The notes beneath the pieces were generated by a model. The model did not search any database. It was given only the letters and a program-made list of their open reading frames with translations, and was not told the DNA's origin. Made by a program: the position numbers and the translations under genes. Shown piece by piece: positions 50,160 through 61,496 of a stretch of DNA of 64,000 bases; within the stretch, counting starts at the first letter, position 1; the number at the start of each line of letters is the position of its first letter. Origin of the DNA: Klebsormidium nitens (lineage: Eukaryota > Plantae > Klebsormidiophyceae). The DNA lies in NCBI GenBank assembly GCA_000708835.1, contig DF237282.1:1-64000 (forward strand). Reading direction: 5' to 3'.

Positions 50160-50580
50160 GGGGAACTCCACCTGGGCAGAAAGGAGGAACCGTGAGAAAC
50201 AGTGGAAGTGGGCACAGAGGGAGACGAGGTGGGCACAGAGAGAGACGAAGTGGGCTTAGCAAAGACCGACGATTCAAAAACGAGAGCGGAGAATTCTACC
50301 CGGGCAGGATGGCGGGACCGGGGATCAGGAAGGGGGGACATGGAAAGGACCGGGCTGTGACGGGACGAACCGGGCTAAGCAACGACCGGCGATTGAGAAA
50401 AGCAAGCTGAGCTTTTTACCTGGCAGGATGCGCATGTCCAATGGCGGGACCGGGGGACAGGAAAGTGGGCACGAAATTGAACCGGGTTATGACAAGACGA
50501 AGTGGGCTGAGCAACGACCGGCGATCAAGAAAGCTAGCGGGAGTACCATCTTAGCAGAAAGACGAACCGGAGATCAGCGT
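50160..50580. repeat. Nested intronic tandem repeats: acceptor duplicate, 21 bp gtgggcacagag units and ~125 bp agcaacgaccggcgat units
   Basis: Repeated motifs at about 50255, 50376 and 50508; 21-mer repeats at 50207-50255. Confidence 0.7.
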
Positions 50581-53500
50581 AAACGGGTCCCTGCCAGAAA
50601 GAGACCGGGGGACCAAAGGACAAATCGAGGGTCAGGGCGACTGCGGCTGCGGAGAATGAACAGGGGGATCAGGGGCAAAATCTATTATTGCATGAAATGA
50701 TGAGAGATCGAGACTGGCGTCAAAAGGCAAACGAGTTTCATCGGAGAACGGACTCAATGAAAACTCTCGAATCTATTGGAGGGGATGTTTTTCGAAGTGA
50801 ATCGGCCAGTCAGTGGGTCTCTGAAAAGGATCACAGCGTGGAGCTACGACAAAGAAACAGCTACCGCCGATTGTTTTCACTGGCGTTACAAACCACAGAC
50901 TGCGCTGGACCCCACAGTCTAGTTGGTTATGTCACCGCTCATCTTTCATCACCAGCCAGATTTTGATCCAGATCGACGACTCATCGAGAATCTCACCATG
51001 CAACGTGTCACACCGAAGCACCATCCGCACAAGAGGGGAGGTGTCGTTTGAAGTAATTAATAACATCAAGATAGTTAAAAGGATTGATGAGCAAGCTTGT
51101 CTACTTCTTTTGGAATCCAACGACACGTCCTGGCTGCAAGATACCACACGGGGCGAGTCCGACCTTGACATGACTGCCGAACAGAACACGATGTCCGGAA
51201 TGAAAAGAGTTTGGTAAAGCTTTCCCGTTCAGCAGGAACGCCAATGTATCCAACGCGTGCTTAAGCTTATGAGCAGACAACACGAGGAAAGACACTTCGA
51301 AGGCGTCAAATTTTGCTGCTAAAGCTTCGAATCACAGGATGAAAGCGTCCCATGAACATTACGAGAAATTCATCGCCACTATGTTGGTTTTCCAGGTAAG
51401 CTTATCACAGGGAGAAAGCTTTGAAGATGATGATGAACCTGGAATGCGTCTAATATTTACACTACAGCTGCGGAAAGTCCGCCATTCTGCATGCATTCAG
51501 ACACAGGCACAAGCAACCTGCAGCGCCGAACTGACAGAACCCGTCGAAGGAGAACGTGGACCAAATTCGGCCTTTTCGAAACCCCCACCATTTTGTACCC
51601 AGGACTGCGCACAAGTGTACCTAGCTTCTCCCGGCCGCACTGACTTGGGGACCAGCACTTCCCCGGTACCTCCCGCAGACCACAGCCGTTAGTAGTTCAG
51701 GTTCAACGTAAGTACCGGGTACGATTTGACCAAAATCAGGACCCCGGACTCAGCAACCCGGGTGGCGGGCCCACCCAGGGTCGAGAGGGTACTAAAGCTT
51801 GGCAGGGTCTAAAAAGTGCAAATTTGGTCCACGTTCTCCTTCCACGCATTCTGACAGGATCAGACACAGCAAGTGCCCGCTTACGACCATATGCCAAAAC
51901 TGCGCCATGAACGTTAGATCGCACTAGTACCAACTTACAACCGAATTCACTTTTCTAGCAGGCTATCAGAATCTTCGGTTTCCAAAAGGAGGGCAACGCA
52001 GGACCCCGCCTTAGATTTGAATTCTGTCACTACAAGCGCGTTGAAGTTGTAATCCGCCACCCTGTTTCATTGAAACTCCGGCGCGCTTCATTGGCCACTT
52101 TCAGGCGACCGAAGTTGAACAATCGGTGTTCCCTGGCCTAAAATCATGTTGACATTGGCTACCGCAGTTGATGATTCTGAGAACGGTGACTCGATTCAAG
52201 CAAGCCGTAAGGTCTCTGCATTCAATTTGAGAACCTTTTTGAGCGAACACTTACTAGGCAACTGCATACTGTCTGGTCACAGAAAAGCCGGCCGGGCATC
52301 TCAAGCTGACTAGGACTTAAAAAAACAGATTCTAGTATGCTCGTCGAACTTAAAGGCGCACTATGTGTAATTGAACCTCGAACGGAGGGCATCATTCAGA
52401 ACTTTTGATGAAGCTCGATTGAAAATAACGCGTCCCGTGCAGATACTGTTAATCGCCCATAAGTGGAGTGTTTTCAGGTTGGACTCGAAGGAATGAAGAG
52501 GAAAGAAGTCCCGATGACGTCGACGAGGGTAGTTTTGGAGAAATAGAGAAGAACGAAGCTACTTGGAAAAAGCACAGGCCAACTCGATCAGGGACAAGCT
52601 GAAGCATTTACAAGAGAAGCTTCGCGTAGTACAAAACCAACAAGTGCTGTCGATAGACTACAACAAACGGTCGTTTCGTCCTTGCTTCGTTCGAGCCCAG
52701 CAGGCGGGAGTCAGAGCTATACTGTCGACTTGCTGTGAGATCATTGCCTATCTCCTGGAACGTCTAAACTTGCGGATTGAGTATTAATAGGGTATACTAC
52801 GACTATTGGACAGCACGTCAAGGGTATCCAACCTGCACGAATAGCGCGCTTTATCGAGCCGCTAATTCGGGTTGCCTTCAGGGAAGTGGGACCCCATATT
52901 TGGAGGACTTTTGACATATCCTTGACAACTTTTCGCAGATACTAACCTGCGGCCTGCCAGTGTCTTTCACGAAGATAGGGTTGGGGGTTCCGCGCCAAAC
53001 CCAAGTGACCGATCGAACCCATGTGTATCTGTGGATCTCATGCATAATCAGAAGCTTGAAGCGTTTCATGAAACAATATTATGGACAGATGCGCAACGGA
53101 CTATTCATTGAATGATTGGCAACCCTGAGAAGTCGTGATATTGGCCGTGGATGAAGGCTAGAGAGCGCAAAGGAGCCAGCGTACTTCATTGTGATAACGA
53201 TGAAGAAGCATAGCGAATGAACACGCTAAAACCGTTTCGAAGATGGCCGCGCCTGAGTGCTGGATACAGGAAATGCTTTAGTAGTTGGCCACGACAAAGG
53301 ACCGTAAAGCATTTCTACAAGCACGTCAGAGTGTGAGTCAGCCTATCCAAAGCTCTTAAATCGCCAATGCCCCGCCACCCCCCCGCGGGCCGCCGAGCGG
53401 ACGGCCGCAGCGCCCACCGCCAGCTTTGCGCGCAGGTGCCTCTGGTCACGCAGCAATCTCTGCTCTTACGTCTTTAGTTAGGTGCCAACGGCCAAGCCGG

Positions 53501-55469
53501 AACTAGCAGACATGATGATAAACTGGGACAGCGAGACGGCTTCACTCTGTCAGCTGACCAGGCTCCGGATAATGAGCACCGCTTTCGCTCACGTCGCCCC
53601 CCGAGTGGGCTCGCGACAGTAACAGATAGACTGGTGGGCGATCCGGGTAGCAGGAAGTCCCGTAATTGACTTGCTCTATATGTTTGAAGTACATCCGCCT
53701 TGGGTAGGCCTCTCAGCCACTCAATTGAGTACGTATCAGAAACGTCAGGCCCAGTGATCTGCCGCCGAAAGGTCGTTTTTTCAAAGAAGCAAAGAAGCAA
53801 AACCTGTCTTCCTTATCGGTCGCATGCCGAAGGCATCTGAAAGACCACCACGGTGGTTACGAAAGGCCTTTCGTGAGAAAGTTGCGACCAAGAATGTCTC
53901 CGCAAACGACCAGCACATAAATCGAGGCGCCAGCTGCAATGTAATCAATGCTTGATTGAGTACATTTTCAGGCACTTCTGTGCCAAATCTACGTCAGGGG
54001 TGCGCACTGTGCTTATTCTGAAGCGCCGGGGCAATTACAAGCGCGGCTTAGGGTTTGGAATCCGGTGATCAGTGATCCTTTCGATTAGGGAAGTGGCTCG
54101 GGGTTCTCTGAACCAAGAGTCGTTGCGCATGGACACATACTCGAGCTAAGCTGACGCTGACATCCATCATGATCACGAGCATGATAAGCGCTCACAAGCA
54201 TGCATTAAGCTGGTCAGGCTAGACGCATGCATGATGCGTTTGCGCCAAACTTGCCGTCCCAAGCTCAATCAACATCTGAAAAGCCAGTGGCGTCAGATTT
54301 GCAAAGTGCGCTCAAGTTCACTGGGCTCAAGCGTCCCACGCCATAGCAGGTCTTCACTGCCACAGATCAGGGCGTGGGTGAAAATCAAAAGATGTAAAGT
54401 CAGTCCGGTTCCTCGGAAGTTCGCAGCCAAGCGCCAACTTTTAAGTCGATTTGGATCCACTTCCGCCTCTTCGAAGGTTAGACGCGCCTCCCTGAAAACC
54501 ACTGGCAACTCCAAACAGAGGCAATGACCGCGAGCCCTACAAAACGAATGACGAATTTGTATCTGCGGTGTGAGTAAGCTCCATTAAGGTGTCCATGAAA
54601 AGGCTCGAAGTTCCTGCCTGGGCAAACGCGCCATCCCGTAATGTATGCGCGCGCATGTTCCCGCCACTGGGCCCCGATGCAAGCCATCCCGGCCCAATCT
54701 TACTTGCCAAAGCAATTGGGCTGGCAAAGAGATGAGGGCTAGCTGGGACCGCACTGACACAATCAGAATCACTTTCTTTCCAGTACTCAACCCCGACCTT
54801 CTAAAACATACATGTTAGGCTTGATAGGAGCGGTGTCAAAGTGTGACGTGTCACGTGAAGACGCGCCGAATCCGCCACGCGGAATTCAGGAGCGGAATCC
54901 CCAGTGTCGGTGCAACCTGGCCGCGGCCCCTGGCGGCGGAGTTACGTCGATCAGCAGCCAGGTAAGCGTTCACACAAAACATTCCCCACCGCCACAGTCG
55001 ATTCTCAAACACGTCCGATCTTTAACAACAGTAGCTGCCAACATATTGACCTAGCGGGGGCTCCAATCTGGTGACCATGAAAGCTTCCCCGTCGCTTCCG
55101 CTCAAAAACCCAAAACGTATCTGGGATCTGGGGTGCAGTTGGAGGCGTCAGAAACAGAAACTTGAACAGATTTGTTAGCCGATGAGAAGAAACGTAAATT
55201 CTTGGGTGCGTGTTTGACACACATATACTTTGTCAAAGCCAATGGTACAATGGCCTCGGTCGGGTGCGACAGAGCTGCTTTGGGAACCGACAGCTTCCCG
55301 TGCAGGTGACGTCGTCACTGCCAGATTGCCTCAAAGCTGCCGGGAAACATCGGTTCAGCGTACACGCACATCAATTCAATGAACCATGAATTTCTTGAAG
55401 AGCGTTGGCCACATTAATACGGTCTGCCTCACACGTCAAATCGAAGCACAAAACCCTAAATAAGTTACT

Positions 55470-56517
55470 GAAAGACACTATTTAACGCCACGCGTCTCAA
55501 TCACGTCTCGCCTGACTTGGAGTGGCTTGCGAATGCTTTCGTGGCGGAGAGAAAGATGAAGATCGAGCAAGCGGGGGACAGCACCACGTGGTCCGCTGAG
55601 ACGAGGGCGACGTTGGAGGCGGACATCCGCCACGCTTTCTTTGAAAGCAAGGCGAAGGCGGACACGCTGCTCGGCAAGGGAGTGGTTCGCCCCCTCTTCG
55701 ACCCAGACAAACCACCAAGGTTAGATTCCTATTCTCCTCTATGGTAAGGCCTATGGCCCCCCGGTTAAGTTCTGACGAGTGTCCGAATGCGGTTGAATTG
55801 GAACAGGACTAGAACTAAGTTGAGAATTCTGGAATCCCTGGGATGGCAGGCTTCGCTCGATTCATCACTTTGCCGAGCAACAGAAAAGTGTTCCCTCAGT
55901 GCTCGACAGCGAAGTAGAAGGCAGGGACCACTTCGAAGTAATTCGACTGACTAAATGTCAGAGCCCTGTGGCCTAAACCTCAGATTAGCGGATTGAACCT
56001 AAGAATCGAGGTCGGTTAAGATCTGGCTGTACGAGCCGTTAAGAAAGTTCGTTAGGAACAAATTCCAGAGCCCTCTGGGCACAGCCGAGAAAGTGCTGAC
56101 TCGAAGTAGTCCTGAGCATGTTGCTCGGCCATGTGCGCCAACATGACGTCACCTGTTGTGGCTTAATGCCGAGCCCTGTGGGCATGACTGTGAACAGAAT
56201 TGCTTCTTTAGGAGAATTAAGGGCAGAAGGCCCGGCCATGTGAGCCATAATTGGGTATAAACGCCTCTCGAGATGTGAGACAAGCCTATAAAAGGCAGGC
56301 ATGTGTCCTAATGCCGGTTGTGCCGGCCTGCAGGAGGAGCAACAACAAGAACAACCAGGGCAACTGGAACCAAGGCAACTGGAATGCCCCGCAGGGCGGA
56401 AGGCAGAACTTCGGAGGCGGACAAGGTGGCGGCCGCGTTAGGTTTGGCCGCGGCTTCGAAGGAGATAGAGAAAATCAAGGAGATCAGGGAGCGGGACAAA
56501 ATAGAGGCAACAGGTAA
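55470..56517 (+). CDS. Putative gag-like ORF fragment, possibly spliced (55470-55719 joined to 56334-56517), with an N/Q/G-rich RGG-like C-terminus
   Basis: EWLANAFVAERKMKIEQ...LFDPDKPP AG|gttaga ... ctgcag|G AGG AGC AAC joins in phase 2 to RSNNKNNQGNWNQGNWNAPQGGRQNFGGGQGGGRVRFGRG. Gag identity is inferred from position only. Confidence 0.4.
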
Positions 56518-56773
56518 ATTGCTGAGTGGTCATAAGTTCAGGGCCACGTGAGCGTGACGTGCTTCTCAGAAAGAACTTACAAATTTAGAAAAGTACCAAT
56601 GCAGGCAAGCGAGAGAACTTTAAGAGTTCGAGCTGGAGAACTTTTAGTTAGTCGAACCAATACCTTAGTCCCTGCTAACAAGCTGCTTTAAGAAAAGGAT
56701 CCGAATTTGTTTTTGAAGTCCGCTCTGGTCCTTTCGAGGCGAACCCCGGCGCATGTAATCTAGAATTCTAAAT

Positions 56774-59633
56774 GTGTCACGTGTACACTTTGCTTCAGAA
56801 ATGAATGGGCTTGAAAGGAGTTCAGTTCTGGTAAAGTACCGACATGAGTTTCTATGCACGACCTTCGAATTGCTGATGCATCACCGTCGTGATGGCAGCA
56901 ACTCACCGCCTGTGACGTCAGCGGCCGCGGCGCCGCCCGCGGCGGAGCCCTGTGGGCCCGACGCCGAGCGAAATTCGCTGGCCCAACTTGAAGCTGCGCA
57001 CGAGTCCTCAGAAGTTGCTCCAGACTTCGAACCTGCTGGAGACGCTGGGCACAGCTTCGAGTCCGCTCCTGACGAAATAGATCTCGACGCTGATCCGTTA
57101 ACCAGCGTCGGTAGTCTCTCAGATGCGTCAGATTGGGACTTCGAGTTCTTCTCGTCTCGTTTCACGCCACGTGTCGCGGCGGCCCCGGACGCGGAGCAGC
57201 TCGCCCGCGACCTGAGGTCCCTTCTCACGGAAATAGAAGCCGGGCCGTAGATTAGCGCGATGCAAGAAGAAGAGCTGTCCGCGTGGCTTAAGTCAGTTGA
57301 GGAGAGGGTGCACCCGGTGGAGAGTTTCGTGGCGGGCAGCTTTGGACGACATCTCCCCGTTTGGGAAGAGCTGCTCAAGGATTCAACGCGGCCTGCTTTG
57401 AGAACGGTCCTGTCTTGGTTACGAAACGGCATAAAGCCGTCTTTCGCCGGCACAGCCCAGTGTGATCCCAAGAAACTCGAGAAGGTTCGCCTTATGCTCA
57501 GGAGAACGCACTATAAACGGGCGCCCTGTTCAAGTAGCAAAAGTTCAAGTTCTTATGCTGCTAGAATTTTCGTTGTTCAAGTCGCTATATTGCTGAAACG
57601 ACCGGTTTTTTCTTTGTTCTAGTTGCATTCCTACTAGAACGTCCGGGGTTCAAGTCGCTTGTACCCGTTCAAGAGGCCATTCTGCTCGAACAAGGTCGAA
57701 ATGCTTGAACATACTTGAACGTCCGGTTTTCAAGTAGCTTATGCTGCTTGAACAGCTACTTGAACGGGGCCTTCGTTTATAGTGACGGTAGGGGAAGCGA
57801 AAGTCGAAGAGTGGCTCTTCGGGGATGTGCCGCATCCTGTAGAGTTCCACAACCACCGCTCGTTTTACGAGAACGCGGAGTTCGGAATCCAGACGGTGGG
57901 CGAAATGTTGGTTAACGGCTCAGTCGAGCTTTGCGCGCCAGGTCAGCGCAAACTGAAGGTAGTTAACCCCCTGGGAGTCGTCAACCTTCCCAAAGGACGC
58001 CTAGCGCTAGACGCCGGTTACGTAAACGCCTTCTCGAAGCCGCACCCGTTCAAATACGAGACGCTCCGCGCCATCCTAACCTTTCTGGCTGCCAACGGCT
58101 TCTTCTCAACCTGGGACTTCAAGGCGGGCTACTACCACGTGCTTATCCATCCCCGCTTTCGGACTTACTTCGGCTTCAAGATTGGCAAGGCCTACTTCCA
58201 GTACAACGCCATGTGCTTCGGGTGGTCCGAAGCCTGCTTCGCCTACACGCTCATCACTCAGGAAGCAGCCAAAGAGCTCCGAGTCAGGGGTGTCCCCGTT
58301 TCGAGCTACCTGGACGACGGTCTAACCGCCAATCAGAGCTTTGCTCTGTGCCTGTGGCTTATCGTAGTGATCGTCCGGTTCCTCACCCTTCTCGGGGCGG
58401 TCTTTAGCCTGTCCAAGTGCAAGTTCTGGCCGTCCCAAACGGGCGACTGGCTGGGATTCGTGGTCGACACTCAAGCGGAGCAGTTCAAAGTTTCGGAGGC
58501 CAAGTTAGCCAAAGTGAAGGCGGTCTTAACCGAGCTCGTCAACGCAACGGAGGTCAGCCCTCGCCTCCTTGCGAAGGTCGCGGGAAAGATCATCGCGATG
58601 GGGCCCGCGGTTCTGCCGGCCTCCCTCTTTAGTCGGCCTCTGTTTCAGGCAATGCAAGGACGCATTTCCTGGGATGCGGTTTTTCCTACGCCTGTGGCGG
58701 CCAAAACCACCGCCAAGCTCTTCCTGGAGCGTCTCGACGGCTGGAACCGTCGGAAGACGCTGGTTCCCCCGCCGAATCCTGATCGAAGCATCTTCCGATG
58801 CATCCGACTTCGGGTTTGGGGGATCCCTTCACCTCGCCGGCAGCCCCCCCTTCCACGTGGCAGGATCTTTGACGGAGGCGGAGGTCAGCCAATCAAGTAC
58901 GGCGCGCGAGATGATTGGCTTCCTTCGAATCCTTCAGCAGGCCGTGCTCCACCACCGCCTTCTCCTCTCTGGGGCTGCAATTCTGTTGATTGGCAACAAT
59001 CAAGGCGCGGTGGCGGCCGTCAACAGTATGAGGAGCCCAGCGCCCGACGTCAACGCTGCTCTCCAGGAAATCTTCGCGTTATGTTCTGAAGAAGATTTCG
59101 ATGTCCTGGCTCAGTGGATACCCCGGCGGGCAGAGCTGGCTGTGGAGGACGCCCTTAGTCGAGTTCCAGACGCTTCGGACTGGGGACTTGCCCCGACTGC
59201 CTTGAGAGCCGCCTTCTCGCTCTTTGGCCAGCCAGATGTAGACCTCTTTGCTTCTGACACGTGGCACGTAGCAGAGCGGTTCGTGACCCCGCGCTATATG
59301 CCGGGCTGCTGTGCAGTTGACGCCCTCCGAACGGACTGGCGGACTCTCGTGGAGCGAGGCGAGACGGCGTGGATATTCCCGCCGCTGAGAGCACTGCCTG
59401 GTGTAATTCAGTCACTCCGTAACTTCAGGACGGATGCGATACTGGTAGTTCCAGAGGCGACCACCACTAATTGGTGGCTGGAATTAATGCACTTAGGCAG
59501 CGGCGCGATCATGGCGGGTCCGCTCGAGATCGAGCGGTCCACGGATGCGTGCACCCCAAGCAGGCGGGTGCCTGCTGGAACCGTGAATCCCGCATTGTAT
59601 AAGCTCAGAGTATTCAAAATAAACTGGAAGTAA
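56774..59633 (+). pseudogene. DIRS pol: reverse transcriptase, RNase H and Dam-like methyltransferase (MT) domain; disrupted
   Basis: Pre-RT motif VAGSF..LPVW..VLSWLRNGIKPSF. RT: WDFKAGYYHV, YNAMCFGWSEA, SYLDDG, WLGFVVDT. RH: SDASDFGFGG, STAREM, DALSR. MT: DVDLFAS, DALRTDW, AWIFPP, LVVP...WW. Lesions: in-frame TAG at 57248-50, MITE at 57509-57784, 4-nt frameshift at 58748-51. Confidence 0.9.
57509..57784. mobile_element. 276 bp non-autonomous CACTA (EnSpm) element inserted in pol
   Basis: TIRs CACTATAAACG...CGTTTATAGTG, 3 bp TSD ACG (57506-08 and 57785-87), and about 10 internal TTCAAG/CTTGAA subterminal motifs. Removing it restores the frame LRRT-VGEAKVEEW. Confidence 0.92.
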
Positions 59634-59939
59634 GACGTGCAGGTAGCAGGAACGCACGTAAGTGACATGAAAGTGATTGAAAAACTCGAATGTAACACGC
59701 AGTTGCAGCATCCTGACAAGAGGACGTTGTAGGTCGAGATTCAGTGACGTAGACGTCTTGAAAGACTTGAGGAGATTGTCATAAGTAATTGTCATCAGAA
59801 TTGTATGCATAAATAAAAGGCGGCGCGCGCATGAGCACCACCTGTGCAAGCAAAGGCAAAAGTATATGTCACGGCACTCAGTCAATTACGTATGCGTCAG
59901 GTTAAATCGTTTGTTGAAAATATGACCACCGTTTGGCAG

Positions 59940-61496
59940 TCAAGTTGCAGAATCTCTCTGATCGGTACAGAATTCTCTACTTGCGTATAATCGGAAGGCG
60001 GCATAACCTTTCCACCGTCCTAACTCCATTAAGTGCTTAACACTGTACTTCAGGTTTACCGCCGCATGCTGAACGGCTGATCGACGGAAAGTATGCACAG
60101 TTTCCCCTTCGAACAGGCCGGCTTCCTTGAGTCGCTTCTGCAGTCTCTTCCTCAGAGTGTCGCTGCTCATTGGCTCGTTAACGAAGCCGGTCCGGCTCCT
60201 GTTCATGGCCCGGAACAGGAACCCATCCCCTCCAACCGGATGCCCTCCTTCTTCCATACCGAACAGCAGCGCCTCGGCAGCCTCCACAAAGGTTAGCCGG
60301 ATCTGAGATTCCGGCACCGCCAGCGGAATCCGCGCGCTGGGCTCCTGCCGGACTGTCTTGCTCCAACCCGGGTAAGCCGCCTGCTCTTCCAATTCCACTT
60401 GCCGACGCTGCAGCTGTCCGCACTCCTTTCCGCGGGCAAGCGGCTCCCAAAGGTATAACACTGCAGCCTGGTCTGTCAGCATGACGCACCTCTCTAGCCC
60501 AGGGGAACTCGCCTGGATCAGTCGCGCAAGGTGCGCCAGCAGCGCGTCCAGCTTCGCCTCTGTAAAGACTTTAGCACGCTGCACCCTCACCCCCTGTTCG
60601 TGCAACAGTTTCTCGTAGCCCACGCGGAATGACTTCACCACTTCGGCTTTAGCAGGATTATTCCGCCCTTCGAAACCGAGGAGAGAGTAGGACTTCGATA
60701 AGTCCTTTACCACGTGGGTCACAGCAGACGCTGACGGACTGGTCTCCCCCGTCCCCGGCAGCTTGGTCCTACATCCGGCCCTGTGATTGGGAATCCAATC
60801 CCCCATAATGAAGGCCCCTACGTCAGCGGCCGTGGCTGTCTCAACCGTGACTCCGAAGGCGTTCCGCGCTAAGAAATCTTGGTATTGCTGGAACGTCCGC
60901 TTAAGGCTACTGTTGCTGGCTTCATTAACGCTCTTCTCGGCAATTTTTCCGAAGCCGGCGAGCGCCCCGTCGTAAAACCGTTGTGTCTGCTCCGCGCTCA
61001 TCTGTCCGCTTGCTTCGCAGGTTCCACCCAAGCTCACCCCACGAATGGCTCGCAGCTGTTCCTCGCATCTCCGTTGGAAGCCCAACCTGCAGAAAGACAC
61101 CCCACGGTTATCTCCAATAATTGTCGTTTGGGCAAACGATTGTCTTTTTGGGGCGGCGTTTCCGGCACTTCAGAGGCGCTTTGCAGCCGTCCGGGCGCCC
61201 CCCAACCGTCCCCGAAGGTTGATATTGAATGGATCTGACAGGCTCTGTCTCTGTGATTGGTTGGAAAAGTGTTCTTATGATTTTAGAAGACGTCTTCTTC
61301 AAAGAGAAGAAGACGTTCTGCTAGTTCTTCAAGATTAACACAGAGGAAGCGCCCGTGGCGCCTCCTTACTTAGCTCTACGCTTCTTTCAAAGAAGTTCCG
61401 CTTCGACCCAGCCCACCCACCCTGAGTCGAATATCATACACTAACCCCTTACCTGGCTTCTGCCAACCCGCCGGTTTCTGTCAACGCAGACTCCAT
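59940..61496 (-). CDS. Tyrosine recombinase (YR) of the DIRS element, antisense to pol; main exon 59940-61086 with probable upstream exon 61453-61496
   Basis: Catalytic-type residues in order: ARGKE (R), WSKT (K), HTFRR (H-x-x-R), GRW (W), AFRLY (Y). Putative intron 61087-61452 (GCC AG|gtaagg ... ctttctgcag|G TTG) joins in phase 2. Confidence 0.88.

Noticed and set aside
50930-51480. Further C-terminal exons of the LRR gene
   Set aside because: Lie beyond an in-frame stop (48242), a MITE and an opposite-strand exon; no phase-consistent path found.
61445-61460. U1 snRNA 5' end (CTTACCTGG)
   Set aside because: Simply the complement of a splice donor; no U1 body follows.
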